Assembly (NCBI GenBank): GCA_963812135.1
Contig: CAWETU010000001.1
Location: 576,001-640,000 of the forward strand
Origin: Vulcanimicrobiota bacterium
GTDB taxonomy: Bacteria; Vulcanimicrobiota; Vulcanimicrobiia; Eremiobacterales; Eremiobacteraceae
Direction: 5' to 3'
DNA: 64,000 nt
Shown here: positions 9,388 through 19,527 of the stretch, piece after piece
How the letters are laid out: every line of letters starts with the position of its first letter
How positions within the stretch are numbered: the stretch's first letter is position 1
Made by a program: the position numbers and the translations under genes
The notes under the pieces: generated by a model
Told to the model about the DNA's origin: nothing
The model's input: the letters and a program-made list of their open reading frames with translations, nothing else
The model's database searches: none

Positions 9388-10010
9388 CGTTTTTTCCCCT
9401 TGTCCGCGTATGCGTCGATGGCCGGCACGCTCAGCATGCTCTTCGCGTCGGTGCCCGACACGCCGATGAGCACATCCGTCGTCGTGTTCGTGGTCACGAA
9501 CTCGATCGCTTTGGCGAGCGGCGCGCCCGCATAGCCGTGCTCTCGGTAGGTGCCCATGACGATGAGGCTCGCGTTTTCTTCACGCGCCGCCCGGATGATG
9601 GCGGTTCCCGCCTGACGATCCCGAATCATGCGGGTTTCGATGTCGACGCCGGCCTTGCGCGCGATCTCTTCGGCGGCGCTCAACGAGTCGAGCGCACGCC
9701 GTTCTGGTTCGGGCAGCTCGGCCTCGATCGGCAGCGTGTACGGCACCTCGATGACGTAGATGGCGACCAACGTAGCTGCCTGTCGCTTGGCCATCCTGGC
9801 GGCGAGCGCCATGAGCACGAGCGAATTGATATCGGCCGAGAAGACGACGAGCACGTTGCCGGTGACCGCGCGCGCCTGGGTGGAAGCGGTTTCCGCGATC
9901 ATCGCCGAGCGGCTCAGCGCCGGATGGAGCATCCAGTAGAGCGTCGAGCTCACCGCTCCGACGACGAACAACGCGATGATCGCGCCGAGCAGATTTGGCG
10001 TGGCGATCAC
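9384..10010 (-). CDS. Universal stress protein with N-terminal TM helix
   Basis: 'IYVIEVP', 'AIIRAAREENASLIVMG'. Confidence 0.85.
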   Translation of the reverse strand: MIATPNLLGAIIALFVVGAVSSTLYWMLHPALSRSAMIAETASTQARAVTGNVLVVFSADINSLVLMALAARMAKRQAATLVAIYVIEVPYTLPIEAELPEPERRALDSLSAAEEIARKAGVDIETRMIRDRQAGTAIIRAAREENASLIVMGTYREHGYAGAPLAKAIEFVTTNTTTDVLIGVSGTDAKSMLSVPAIDAYADKGKKR

Positions 10011-10216
10011 GAGCGCGCCATGGCGCGCATCGCGCGCATGTAGATGAACCCGCGCCAAACGCCGGCGGCGATGAAGATGCCGGCCACCCCATATGCCAGC
10101 ATCGTCGAGTTTGAAAATGGCGCGACCGTGGCCAAGCGCACGGCAGCGACGCCGCCGAGGATCGCGAATGCGAACGACGTGAAGATCTTATAGCGCAGAC
10201 GATTCGGAGTGACCAT
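10007..10216 (-). CDS. Small two-TM membrane protein
   Basis: Two hydrophobic helices; overlaps both neighbours. Confidence 0.65.
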   Translation of the reverse strand: MVTPNRLRYKIFTSFAFAILGGVAAVRLATVAPFSNSTMLAYGVAGIFIAAGVWRGFIYMRAMRAMARS

Positions 10217-11229
10217 CAGCGTTCGTTGGGTTGGGAGACGACGTCGATCGCGTCGCGATACAGCGCTTGCGCCACCTCGACGTCGCCCGAGCGGCCGCGC
10301 TCGATGCCGCGCTCCATCAGCGCGAGCGCTTCGACATATGCACCGCGCGAGGGCGGCTCAGCGCGCGTCGCGGCCGATGGCAGGAAATGCGACCAGCCGG
10401 CACCCCCGCGCTCGCGGGCTGCTTCGAGCGCCGCGATGAGCGACGCCGCGTCGCTGAAACGACGTTGGGGCTGGCTCTCGAGCAGCCGTACGATGATGCG
10501 GTCGAGCTCGGCGGGGATATCCGGTTCGAGCAGCCGCGGCGGCCGCGGGACTTCGTTGACGTGGGCGATCATCGTGGAGACGAGATCCTCGGACGATTCG
10601 GCGAACGGGAGCACGCCCGTCACGAGCTCGTACAGCAGCACGCCGATCGAATACAAATCGCTGGAGCGATCGCCGGTCTTGCCCATAAAGCGTTCCGGCG
10701 GCAGATAGGCGACGGTGCCGACGATCTCGCTGCTCTGCGAAAGGTTGCCGACGTCCGACATGCGCCGCGCCAAGCCGAAGTCCGTGACCTTGACGACGCC
10801 GTCCTCGGCGATCAAGACGTTGCCGGGTTTGATGTCGCGATGCACGACGTCTCGATCGTGAGCGAAGCGAAGCGCGCTCAAGACCTGGAGCACGAGATCG
10901 ACGGCCTGCGCGACGGTCGTCGAGGCGCGGTCGATGCCGCGGATGGTGTTGCCGCGCACGAACTCCATAATGATGTACGAGACATGGCCTTCCATGCCGA
11001 CGTCGTGGACCGCGACGATGTTCGGATGATTGAGCTGCGCCATCGCGCGCGCTTCATCTAAGAAGCGGCGGTTGACCTCATCCGAGCGTTCGGCGAGCAC
11101 CTTGACGGCGACATCGCGCTCCAGCCCGTGGTCGTAGCCGCGATAGACCTCGCCCATGCCGCCCGAACCGATGCGCTCCACGATACGGTAGCGATCCGCC
11201 AAAACCGTCCCTGGCACGAGCTCCATCAT
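10216..11229 (-). CDS. Hanks-type Ser/Thr protein kinase, no TM segment
   Basis: GSGGMGEVY, VAVK, HRDIKPGN, DFG, GTVAYLPPE. Confidence 0.95.
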   Translation of the reverse strand: MMELVPGTVLADRYRIVERIGSGGMGEVYRGYDHGLERDVAVKVLAERSDEVNRRFLDEARAMAQLNHPNIVAVHDVGMEGHVSYIIMEFVRGNTIRGIDRASTTVAQAVDLVLQVLSALRFAHDRDVVHRDIKPGNVLIAEDGVVKVTDFGLARRMSDVGNLSQSSEIVGTVAYLPPERFMGKTGDRSSDLYSIGVLLYELVTGVLPFAESSEDLVSTMIAHVNEVPRPPRLLEPDIPAELDRIIVRLLESQPQRRFSDAASLIAALEAARERGGAGWSHFLPSAATRAEPPSRGAYVEALALMERGIERGRSGDVEVAQALYRDAIDVVSQPNER

Positions 11230-11603
11230 GCGGACGTGAACGCCGCTTTGAAGTGCGTGATCTCGGTCCGCGTCGACGTGCGCATCACGCTGATGACGTC
11301 GAAGCGGATGCGCGGGAAGACCCGTCCGCAAAACGCGAGATACGATGCAGCGGCGCGCGCGACGCGGGCCTGCTTGAGCGCCGTGACAGCCTCGATCGGA
11401 GCGCCGCGCGAGAGCGTGCGGCGCAGCTTCACTTCCACGAACACCAACGTGCCGCCGTCGAGCAGAATGAGATCGACCTCGCCGCCCCGCGTCCGGAAGT
11501 TGCGCTCGAGGACGTGATAGCCCCGATCGCGCAGGAACGTCGCGGCGGCTTGCTCGGCGAGGCTGCCGGCGGAAGCGCTGCTGCGTGGTGCGGCACGCGT
11601 CAC
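11226..11603 (-). CDS. yraN: YraN family nuclease
   Basis: 'AEQAAA.FL...GY.VLERNFR...GEVDLI...LVFVEVK', 'RFDV'. Confidence 0.92.
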   Translation of the reverse strand: MTRAAPRSSASAGSLAEQAAATFLRDRGYHVLERNFRTRGGEVDLILLDGGTLVFVEVKLRRTLSRGAPIEAVTALKQARVARAAASYLAFCGRVFPRIRFDVISVMRTSTRTEITHFKAAFTSA

Positions 11604-12259
11604 GATACTTCGCTCTCGTACATGAAGCGTAGGCGCGGCGAGATCACCGGCATGAACGAGCGGCGGTGGATCGGGCAGGGTCCCAACTTGTCGAGCGCGT
11701 CGAAATGCGATGCCGTGCTGTAGCCCTTGTGCTCGGCGAACCCGTAGCCCGGGTACTGCGCCTCCATCAACGACATGAACGCGTCGCGCGCCACTTTGGC
11801 GACGATGCTCGCGGCCGCGATGGCTGCAGACTTGCGGTCGCCGCCGATGATCGGCGACTGCGGGTAGGGGCAGCCCGGAATCGAGAGCGCGTCCACGAAC
11901 ACCCGGCACGGAGTTTGGGTGAGGCCGGCGAGCGCGCGGTTCATGGCCACCTTGGTGGCCGCGAGGATGTTGATGCGGTCGATCTCCTCGTGATCGACCC
12001 AGCCCAGCGAAACGCATATCGCTTGGGCGCGGATGGTCCTATCGAGGTCAGCGCGGCGTAATTCGGTGACCTGCTTGCTGTCGTTGAGGAATTCGAGGCG
12101 CAGCGGCTGATCGATGACGACCGCGCAGGCCACCACCGGCCCCGCGAGCGGTCCGCGTCCGACTTCGTCGACGCCGCAGATGTAGCGAGCGCCGCTCTCC
12201 CAAGCGGCGCGTTCGTAGGCATGTAAGCGGCGGAGGCGGGAGCGCTCTTTCGGTTTCAC
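11600..12259 (-). CDS. rnhB: Ribonuclease HII
   Basis: GVDEVGRGPLAGPVV, DSK, IAAASIVAKV, HKGY, HRRSF. Confidence 0.95.
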   Translation of the reverse strand: MKPKERSRLRRLHAYERAAWESGARYICGVDEVGRGPLAGPVVACAVVIDQPLRLEFLNDSKQVTELRRADLDRTIRAQAICVSLGWVDHEEIDRINILAATKVAMNRALAGLTQTPCRVFVDALSIPGCPYPQSPIIGGDRKSAAIAAASIVAKVARDAFMSLMEAQYPGYGFAEHKGYSTASHFDALDKLGPCPIHRRSFMPVISPRLRFMYESEVS

Positions 12260-13071
12260 GTGCCCTCTCTCGGCAGTTCGAAAGTGAATCGGCCAAGCGC
12301 GCCGCTGCGAAATTCAGTGAGCAGCTTGCGTGCGGCGCCGGCGCGGTCGACTTCGCCGCCTTTGCGCAGCATCCCGTGCGCGCGCGCGAATTCTGCGATG
12401 TCGAAGCGCGCAGCGACCGTTCCGTTTTCATGTTCGCGCATCCACGCGGCCAGCTGTTCGACCACGTCCTCGGCGTCGTATGCCTTTTCCGGCAGGCAAC
12501 CGGTGGCTGCGAGCTGCCACGCCATGTCGGCGCCGACGATCTTCGGCGGCAGTACGCCGGGCGTGTCGAGCAACTCGATGCCTGGCGCGAGCGCGAGCCA
12601 GCGCACGTGCCGCGTCACGCCGGCGCGATCTTGCGCGACCGCGCGCTTGCGCCTGCTCAAGCCGTTGATCACGGAGGACTTGCCTGTGTTGGGCGCGCCG
12701 ACCACGGCGACATGCAGCGTGGCGCGCCGCCGGGGCGCGCTGACGATCGCCGCGCGCACGCCGTGCAAGGAAGCGGCGTGGGTGCCGGTCGTGGCGTACG
12801 CAGGCCGCTCGCCGCGCAACGCGGCCAGCCAGCGGGCGGTGGCCGCGGGCTCCGCCAGATCCTCGCGGTTGAGCAACGTCAGGCGCGGTTTGGCGCGCAG
12901 TTTGGGATGGAGCGAGGCGACCGCCGTCGCCCGCGGCACGCGGGCGTCGCGCACCTCGACGACGAGGTCGATGAGGCTTGCCGTGTCCTCGATCGCGCGC
13001 ATGCCCGCGGCCATGTGGCCGGGGAACCAGCTCGCAGCTGCCTTCTCAGGCTTATCTGATCGGCGTGGCAC
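12256..13071 (-). CDS. rbgA: Ribosome biogenesis GTPase RbgA/YlqF
   Basis: WFPGHM, DARVP, GAPNTGKSS, LLDTPG. Confidence 0.9.
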   Translation of the reverse strand: MPRRSDKPEKAAASWFPGHMAAGMRAIEDTASLIDLVVEVRDARVPRATAVASLHPKLRAKPRLTLLNREDLAEPAATARWLAALRGERPAYATTGTHAASLHGVRAAIVSAPRRRATLHVAVVGAPNTGKSSVINGLSRRKRAVAQDRAGVTRHVRWLALAPGIELLDTPGVLPPKIVGADMAWQLAATGCLPEKAYDAEDVVEQLAAWMREHENGTVAARFDIAEFARAHGMLRKGGEVDRAGAARKLLTEFRSGALGRFTFELPREGT

Positions 13072-13729
13072 GGTTGAGCGGCCAAACGACGGCTTGGGCG
13101 CGACCGATGACAGCCGTGCGGGGCACCGCGCCAAACGCGCGCGAGTCGTCCGATTCGGCGCGATTGTCTCCGAGGACGAAAAACGAGCCGGCGGGGACGC
13201 GGGTCGGCGCCATCGTCGTGGTGTCGCGCAGCATCCCGTTTGGTTCGGCGAACGGCCGTCCGTTCACCGAGACGAAACCGCGCGAGATAGCGACCATGTC
13301 GCCCGGTACGCCGACGACGCGCTTGACGTACACTTGCTGCGCGTCATCGCTGGCGTGGATGAACGCCACGACATCGCCGTGCGCGATCGGATGCAGGGCA
13401 ACGTCGAAGAACGGTTGGTCGCCTCCCCCGGCCCGCAGATCGTACGCGATGGTGTTGATGAGGACGTGTTCGCCCGAGCGCAGCTGCGGTTCCATCGAGT
13501 GGCCATTCACTTGGGGGAGGCGGATAAAGAAGAGCGCGAGCAGCAGCACGAGCGCAAGCGCCTCGCCGACGAATTTGAGCGCGCGGACAAACGCGCGCGC
13601 GATGGGTGACTGATCGGGAACCGCGCCTGGGATCCCTTGCGGAATCGCGCCGGTTTCGGCGACTATGGCAAATGCAGCGGTGGGGTCGAGTTGACCGCGT
13701 CCGTGCCACCGAGGAGCCGGCTGTCGCAC
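13052..13729 (-). CDS. lepB: Signal peptidase I (start uncertain)
   Basis: GHSMEP, YVKRVVGVPGD, LGDNRAESDDSR.FG. Confidence 0.9.
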   Translation of the reverse strand: MRQPAPRWHGRGQLDPTAAFAIVAETGAIPQGIPGAVPDQSPIARAFVRALKFVGEALALVLLLALFFIRLPQVNGHSMEPQLRSGEHVLINTIAYDLRAGGGDQPFFDVALHPIAHGDVVAFIHASDDAQQVYVKRVVGVPGDMVAISRGFVSVNGRPFAEPNGMLRDTTTMAPTRVPAGSFFVLGDNRAESDDSRAFGAVPRTAVIGRAQAVVWPLNRATPIR

Positions 13730-13784
13730 GGAATGACGTGTTCATTGCGCGCGGCCGCTCGCCCTTGTCAGGCGGGGGTGCGAA

Positions 13785-13807
13785 GGGCGCATGCGCGCGC
13801 CCCCACA
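13785..13807 (-). repeat. Degenerate REP-like palindrome
   Basis: TGTGG-GGGCGCG-CGCA-TGCGCCC (GTGG in place of GTAG). Confidence 0.35.
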
Positions 13808-13819
13808 AACATTCTCACG

Positions 13820-15046
13820 ATGGCGTCACCGAACCCGACGCGCAGCATTTTTGCTGAGCGCAGCTTCACGCTGTACTACTCCGGCCAGTTGCTGAGCTAC
13901 TTCGGCGACGGCTTGCGCACGTTTGCGATTCCGCTGCTGGTGTTCAATCTCACCGGATCGGCGCTCTCGCTCGGCGCCACGTACGCCCTCGAGTTCTTGC
14001 CCTTCGCGCTCTTTGGGTTGGTGGGCGGGTCGCTGGCGGACCGGCTCGACCGGCGCCGGCTCATGATCGCCTGCGACTTCGTGCGTTTCGCGATTATCGC
14101 GCTCTTCGCCGTGCTGTACTGGCGCCACGCGCTCACGCTGCCCGTGTTGTACCTCGGCATCGCGATCGTCTCGATCGCGGCGGCGATCTTCCTCGGCGGC
14201 CAATCGACGAGCATCCCATATCTGGTCGGTAAAGAGCGCTCGGGAACTGCTGTGGCAGCGTTGATCGCCGCAGAGCAGACGACGAATCTCATATCGCCCA
14301 CGCTAGGCGGTCTTCTTTTCGCCATCGGCGGCGCGTTGCCGGCGCTCGTCACCAACGCCTTCACGTATCTGACCTCGCAGTTGGCGTTGCTGCTCGTGCC
14401 GAGCATGGGCCCGGACGAGCCAGGTCCGCTGCCGTCTGCGCGCGAGATATGGGCGGACATCGTCGAAGGCTTCCGCTTCATGCACGACGATCGCGTGATG
14501 ATGACGGTCGCGTACTGCAGCCTGTTGCTGAACTTTTTCGGGATGATGGCGCTTGCGGTGCTCATCCCGTACATGAAACTCGATTTCGGCGCGAGCGACG
14601 CGCAGGTCGGCTTCGCCTTCGGCGCGCTCGCGTTAGGCTCAATCGTGGGTTCGCTTGTTGGCGGCGCGACTGTCACCAAGTGGCCGTTCGGACCGGCCCT
14701 GCTGGCCGCATACGCGTTTGACGGCCTCATCTTCATACCCGTGGTCTTCGCGCACCGCCTGTGGACGGCGATCTTCTTCTGGACGGTGGCCAACGCGTGC
14801 GGATCGTTCGAAGTCACGCAGATCATCAGCTGGCGCATGCGCGTCACGCCGCACGAGAAGATCGGACGAGTCTTCGCTGCTGTCCGGCTCATCGCGCTCA
14901 TCGGCATCGTGCCCGGCACGCTCATCGGCGGGTCGCTCGCCGATCTGCACGGTCCGCGCCTTCCGATCGCGATCTCCACCTTTGGTTTTCTCATCATCGC
15001 CCTCGGTGCGGGGTTGGTGGGCGCGCTGCGCCGCGAACGGCGCTAG
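13820..15046 (+). CDS. MFS transporter
   Basis: About 12 TM segments; motif A 'GSLADRLDRRRLM'. Confidence 0.92.
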   Translation: MASPNPTRSIFAERSFTLYYSGQLLSYFGDGLRTFAIPLLVFNLTGSALSLGATYALEFLPFALFGLVGGSLADRLDRRRLMIACDFVRFAIIALFAVLYWRHALTLPVLYLGIAIVSIAAAIFLGGQSTSIPYLVGKERSGTAVAALIAAEQTTNLISPTLGGLLFAIGGALPALVTNAFTYLTSQLALLLVPSMGPDEPGPLPSAREIWADIVEGFRFMHDDRVMMTVAYCSLLLNFFGMMALAVLIPYMKLDFGASDAQVGFAFGALALGSIVGSLVGGATVTKWPFGPALLAAYAFDGLIFIPVVFAHRLWTAIFFWTVANACGSFEVTQIISWRMRVTPHEKIGRVFAAVRLIALIGIVPGTLIGGSLADLHGPRLPIAISTFGFLIIALGAGLVGALRRERR

Positions 15047-15059
15047 GAACGATGCGAAC

Positions 15060-15830
15060 ATGACGTTGCGCGATCACGAGCGCAAGAACCGCGATTTCTG
15101 GGATCGCACAAGCGCGGACTATCAATCAAAACACGCCGAGCAGCTCAATAAGAAAGAACTCGCGTGGGGCGTCTGGGCGATGCCCGAAGCTCGATTGATG
15201 GTGTTGGGCGATGTCGCCGGCAAAGACATGTTGGAGTTCGGCTGCGGCGCTGCACAGTGGTCGATCTTTCTCGCGAACCTCGGCGCGCGTCCGGTCGGGC
15301 TCGACCTCTCCGCCGAGCAGCTGGCGCATGCGCGCGTGCTTATGGATGGGGCCGGCGTCGATTTTCCGCTCGTGCACGCCAGCGCGGAGGCCGTACCGTT
15401 GCCGGATGCGAGCTTCGACATCGTGTTCTGCGATCACGGCGCCATGAGTTTTGCCGATCCCGAACGCACGGTGCCAGAGGCGGCGCGACTGCTGCGACCT
15501 GGCGGCCTGTTCGCGTTCAACATGGCGACGCCGATACTCGAGCTGTGCTGGGATGACGAACTAGATGCCGCACAAGAATCGTTGCGGCGCACCTATTTCG
15601 AGATGCGCGGCGGCGAAGACGACGAGACGGTCGTCTTCCAACTGCCGTACGGCGAGTGGATCAGGTTGTTCCGGCGCTGCGGCTTCGAGATAGAAAATCT
15701 CATCGAGATCAGGCCCGATGAGAATTCGGAGTCGACGTACGGGGAGTATGTGCCATTGGCGTGGGCGCGGCGCTGGCCTGCGGAGAACATCTGGATGCTC
15801 CGCAAGCAGCGCGCGCCCGCATCGTCGTAG
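15060..15830 (+). CDS. Class I SAM-dependent methyltransferase
   Basis: LEFGCG, GLDLS, SFDIV, LLRPGG. Confidence 0.9.
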   Translation: MTLRDHERKNRDFWDRTSADYQSKHAEQLNKKELAWGVWAMPEARLMVLGDVAGKDMLEFGCGAAQWSIFLANLGARPVGLDLSAEQLAHARVLMDGAGVDFPLVHASAEAVPLPDASFDIVFCDHGAMSFADPERTVPEAARLLRPGGLFAFNMATPILELCWDDELDAAQESLRRTYFEMRGGEDDETVVFQLPYGEWIRLFRRCGFEIENLIEIRPDENSESTYGEYVPLAWARRWPAENIWMLRKQRAPASS

Positions 15831-15848
15831 CGCGTTCGTCGAACGCGC
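15827..15848 (+). repeat. GTAG-capped palindrome (REP-like or bidirectional terminator)
   Basis: GTA-GCGCGTTCG-T-CGAACGCGC between convergent genes; its TAG is the methyltransferase stop. Confidence 0.45.
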
Positions 15849-15853
15849 AGAGG

Positions 15854-16183
15854 TTATTGGTGCTTCAGAACGACGATCTTGTCAGCGTGCCGTGCGCCCA
15901 TCGCGCTCTGGTCGTACGTGACCTTCACAGGGGTGCCCGGCTTGAGAAACGACATCTGATACGTCGTCTTGCCGTCCTCCGACCAGATGTTCTTGAACTT
16001 GGGGACGATGAGAAAGCTCAGCTCTTGACCGCTGCTGCTCTTCACCTTGAGATTGCTCGTGGAGACGTGGGTGATCGTGCCGGTGAAGTATGCGTTGGGG
16101 CTCGCCTGAACCGGCTTGGTGGAGGTGCTGACGAATGCAGCCGCAACGAATAGCGCTGCGACTAGTAGGAGAAGATTACGCAT
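15854..16183 (-). CDS. Small secreted OB-fold-like hypothetical protein
   Basis: GAAGG RBS, signal peptide, 'FTGTITHVS', 'LKPGTPVKVTY'. Confidence 0.65.
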   Translation of the reverse strand: MRNLLLLVAALFVAAAFVSTSTKPVQASPNAYFTGTITHVSTSNLKVKSSSGQELSFLIVPKFKNIWSEDGKTTYQMSFLKPGTPVKVTYDQSAMGARHADKIVVLKHQ

Positions 16184-16251
16184 TGAGTTCCCTTCTTTGC
16201 CTTGGTTCCGCGCGATACAGCGATCGCGCCGCTCTCTTATAACGTACCCAG

Positions 16252-16944
16252 CTACTTCAACGTTCCAATGTGTTTGGGCGGCCAGAACACGAAGAACGCG
16301 TGGCCGACGAATTGATCGCGCCGCAAGAATCCCCACAAGTGACTGTCGTCCGAATCGTTGCGGTTGTCGCCCAACATCAGATAATACCCGTTGGGCACGC
16401 GGTCAGGCGCTTGCCAGGCCGACTTGGGAGGGATCTGCGATCGCTGCGGATCCAGTGGCATGCCGTCGACGTAGATGCCGTAGTTCTTGATCTCGAGGTC
16501 GTAGTTCGGGCGCTGACCTTTGGGCAAGTACGGCTCGACGAGCTTCTCGCCGTTGCGATAGACGTCGCCGTTCTTCACCTGGAACGCATCGCCGGGCGCG
16601 GCCATGACACGCTTGATGAAGTCCGTCGTGCCCAATTGGGGCGGCGGCGCGAAGACCGCGATCTGTCCGTCTTTCGGATCGGAGATGCGGTATTGGATCT
16701 CGTTGGCGAGCAGCACGTCGTTGACGTCGAGCGTCGGCTCCATCGAGCCCGACGGGATCCAAAACGTGCGCACGACGAATTGCATGAGAACGAGTGCGAC
16801 GATGCCTGCGACGATGAACGCGTCGAGATACTCGCGGATGACGATGCGCTGCTTCTCGTCCGGCACGGTCGCCGGGCGCAAGCCGATGACGATGCGGGCG
16901 ACGAGCAGCAGCCCGATGATGAGGAAGAGCGCGCCGGGACTCAC
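16252..16944 (-). CDS. lepB: Signal peptidase I
   Basis: [29 protein letters not shown]. Confidence 0.95.
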   Translation of the reverse strand: MSPGALFLIIGLLLVARIVIGLRPATVPDEKQRIVIREYLDAFIVAGIVALVLMQFVVRTFWIPSGSMEPTLDVNDVLLANEIQYRISDPKDGQIAVFAPPPQLGTTDFIKRVMAAPGDAFQVKNGDVYRNGEKLVEPYLPKGQRPNYDLEIKNYGIYVDGMPLDPQRSQIPPKSAWQAPDRVPNGYYLMLGDNRNDSDDSHLWGFLRRDQFVGHAFFVFWPPKHIGTLK

Positions 16945-17297
16945 TGCGCGGTTTGCTTCTGCTCTTTGATCCGCGTGGCTTTGCTGCCGACGCGCTCCTG
17001 CAGATAGAAGAGTTTGGCGCGACGCACGCTGCCGCGGCGCACGACGTCGATCTTCTCGACTCTGGGCGATTGCACCAAGAACGAACGCTCGACGCCGACG
17101 CCGTGCGCCAAGCGGCGGACCGTGAAGGTCGCGCTCGTGCCGCCATGGCGGCGCTCGACGACGACGCCCTCGAACACTTGGATGCGTTCCTTATTGCCTT
17201 CGGTGACGCGCGAATGCACTTTGACCGTATCGCCGGGTGCGAAATCGGCGGTGCGCTTTTTGGCGCCGCCCGGGCCTACAAGGCTGGCGAGATTCAT
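16941..17297 (-). CDS. rplS: 50S ribosomal protein L19
   Basis: [28 protein letters not shown]. Confidence 0.97.
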   Translation of the reverse strand: MNLASLVGPGGAKKRTADFAPGDTVKVHSRVTEGNKERIQVFEGVVVERRHGGTSATFTVRRLAHGVGVERSFLVQSPRVEKIDVVRRGSVRRAKLFYLQERVGSKATRIKEQKQTAQ

Positions 17298-17393
17298 GAT
17301 ACCAACGTCCTCTACGGCCGCGAAAAAGGCGTCGACCTCACGTTCGAGGCTCGACGCCGCAGCCAAAAATGTGCCTGAATGCGAACGCAAACC

Positions 17394-17423
17394 AGTATAG
17401 CATAAGGCTGCGCCATGCTTCAA
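17394..17423 (-). promoter_or_regulatory. Sigma70-type promoter for rplS
   Basis: TTGAAG-N18-TATACT with TG extended -10. Confidence 0.6.
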
Positions 17424-17473
17424 GCGTCTGGGCCGGCAGGACCGCCCTCCCCCGAACCAACCCTTGCCGCAGC

Positions 17474-18151
17474 CTAGGGAAGATCTGGCCGGCGCGTGCG
17501 GGTGCGCGTGCGCGACTGTTCGCGCCGCCATGCCTCGATTTTGGCATGATCACCGCTTAGCAACACATCCGGCACCGCAACGCCGCGGAAGACGGCCGGA
17601 CGCGTGTAGTGCGGCCAGTCGAGGGCGCCGTCCGCGAACGAATCTTCTGCGGCGCTCTGCTGGGCGATGACGCCGGGCAGCAGCCGCACGCACGCATCGA
17701 CGAATGCAAGCGCTGGGATCTCTCCTCCCGTCAACACGAAATCGCCGAGCGATGCTTCTTCCGCCGGCACGAGATCGAAGAGCCGCTCATCGATGCCTTC
17801 ATAATGGCCGCAGACGATGATCAACCGCGATAGCGCAGACCATTGCGCGGCCATCGCATGATCGAATCGCCGCCCGGCAGGCGAGGGGACGACGAGCCGC
17901 GTGCCTTCGGGGAGCGCGAGATCCGGGCCAAGCAGCTCCTCGAGACACGCGACCAACGGGCCAAGCCGCATCACCATGCCCGCGCCCCCACCATACGCGG
18001 CGTCGTCGGCGCGCTCGCCAGCGGGCACATAGCGCCACAGGTCGTGCACGTGGATGTCGACCGCGCCTTTCTCTTGCGCGCGTCCGAGGATGCTGCCCGA
18101 AATGATAGGCTCGAAAAAGGCAGAAAACAGCGTCACGATGTCGATGCGCAT
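17474..18151 (-). CDS. trmD: tRNA (guanine37-N1)-methyltransferase
   Basis: [35 protein letters not shown]. Confidence 0.97.
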   Translation of the reverse strand: MRIDIVTLFSAFFEPIISGSILGRAQEKGAVDIHVHDLWRYVPAGERADDAAYGGGAGMVMRLGPLVACLEELLGPDLALPEGTRLVVPSPAGRRFDHAMAAQWSALSRLIIVCGHYEGIDERLFDLVPAEEASLGDFVLTGGEIPALAFVDACVRLLPGVIAQQSAAEDSFADGALDWPHYTRPAVFRGVAVPDVLLSGDHAKIEAWRREQSRTRTRTRRPDLP

Positions 18152-18176
18152 GGGGCCCAGCGGTTTTGGCAAGGGC

Positions 18177-18623
18177 ATGAACACGCCCTTTGAGCAGGGC
18201 CTTGTCGCGCTGGCCGAACGGCGTTACGACGAGGCCATCGGTCTGTTCAGCGCGGCCGCGGAGAGCGGCGATCGAAAAGCCGAAGCGCTCTCAAAACGCG
18301 GGGTATGCCATTTGCGCCTCAGCGCTCTGCAGAGCGCGGCTGCCGATTTCGAGGCCGCGTTGCAGATAGATCCGAAGTGCGCACCCGCGTTGACCAATCT
18401 TGGCAACATGGCGCTTGAAGACGGCCGGCTCGCCGAGGCGCGTACGCGGTATGAGGCAGCACTTGCCGCAGATCCCGACTACGCGCTTGCCCACCACAAC
18501 TATGCGGTGCTGCTCAAACGTGAAGGCCGCATCGGCGAGTCGGTGCGCGAGCTGCGCCGTGCGGCGAAGCTCGAGAACGGCTCGTTCTGGGATTTCTTGT
18601 CGGGCAGGCGCAGGCGCAACTAA
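18177..18623 (+). CDS. Tetratricopeptide repeat protein
   Basis: TPR pattern 'ALQIDP..A.ALTNLG', 'ALAADPDYALAHHNYA'. Confidence 0.85.
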   Translation: MNTPFEQGLVALAERRYDEAIGLFSAAAESGDRKAEALSKRGVCHLRLSALQSAAADFEAALQIDPKCAPALTNLGNMALEDGRLAEARTRYEAALAADPDYALAHHNYAVLLKREGRIGESVRELRRAAKLENGSFWDFLSGRRRRN

Positions 18624-19099
18624 CGCTTCGAGGGCTCGAGCACCTCGACGACATCTGCCTTCTTCACGTCTTCAAGATACTCGAACAGTTGTGGCAGCGA
18701 GATGCGCTCCAACGCGCTGCGCTTGGGTCCCTTGCCTTCTTCGCCTTCGTCGCGCAAGTAGTAGCGCACGTCGAACTCACCTTCTTCCTCTGTATAGAAG
18801 GCGACGGCGTAGCTCTTGCCCTCGTCGTAGATTCGCAACGCGTGCGGATTGACGATCTCGATCGAATGGGCTGGGTGATCGGCGTCGAAGAGCGTCACGA
18901 CCAGCTCGCTTTGACCGCTCACGTCGACTTGGCCCAGCAGGAACACGTTCTTGACGGAGAAGAGCTGGCGGGTACGGCGATGCCGTGCCGACATCTCGTA
19001 AAAGACGTAATGGCGGACGAAGCGCGCGAGGATTTTCTTGAGGGTCGCAAGCGACGCGACCGGGTCCTCGCGCTGACCCTTAGTGTAGAAGATCTTCAA
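18620..19099 (-). CDS. Hypothetical protein
   Basis: 159-aa ORF with protein-like composition; start uncertain. Confidence 0.65.
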   Translation of the reverse strand: MKIFYTKGQREDPVASLATLKKILARFVRHYVFYEMSARHRRTRQLFSVKNVFLLGQVDVSGQSELVVTLFDADHPAHSIEIVNPHALRIYDEGKSYAVAFYTEEEGEFDVRYYLRDEGEEGKGPKRSALERISLPQLFEYLEDVKKADVVEVLEPSKR

Positions 19100-19208
19100 C
19101 AGACCGCCTAGACGGTGAGAGGTTCGAGAGAATGGGGACCCGTGCCGGGGACCGCACCAGGGACGGACGACGGCCCGGAGAAACTTTGTCTTTCAACGCT
19201 GCAAAACC

Positions 19209-19508
19209 ATGCTGAGCCCATCTGACACCATCCTCATCTTCGTCGTCGCGCTGCTGCTGTTCGGGCCGGAGCACCTGCCCAAGATCGCGCGTCAGCTCGG
19301 CGATGCGATGCGTCACGTCCAGAACACGACCAACTCGTTCATGGCGGAGATGGATCGCGCGGCCGCCGCGGCCGATCTCAAAGCGCACACGACATGGGAG
19401 CCGCCGCCAGCCGAAGATTGGCAAACGCCGACGTCCACGCTGACAGTCGAACCGGCGCACGAGTTGCCCGAGCCGGAAGTTCCCGAGCCGCCGAAGACGG
19501 TCGAATAA
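19209..19508 (+). CDS. tatA: Twin-arginine translocase TatA/TatB family subunit
   Basis: 'ALLLFGPEHLPKIARQLG'. Confidence 0.88.
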   Translation: MLSPSDTILIFVVALLLFGPEHLPKIARQLGDAMRHVQNTTNSFMAEMDRAAAAADLKAHTTWEPPPAEDWQTPTSTLTVEPAHELPEPEVPEPPKTVE

Positions 19509-19521
19509 ATCCGACCGCTAC
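19498..19521 (-). repeat. REP-like palindrome family A, overlapping the tatA stop
   Basis: GTAG-CGGTCGGAT-TT-ATTCGACCG. Confidence 0.8.
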
Positions 19522-19527
19522 CTTTTT

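Noticed and set aside
12260..13609. Long antisense and alternative-frame ORFs (also 47545-49212, 58151-59656, 61908-63263)
   Set aside because: Shadow ORFs of well-supported genes, expected in high-GC DNA; no recognisable motifs.
19133..19165. Three GGGAC direct repeats between divergent genes
   Set aside because: Too short and GC-rich to distinguish from chance.
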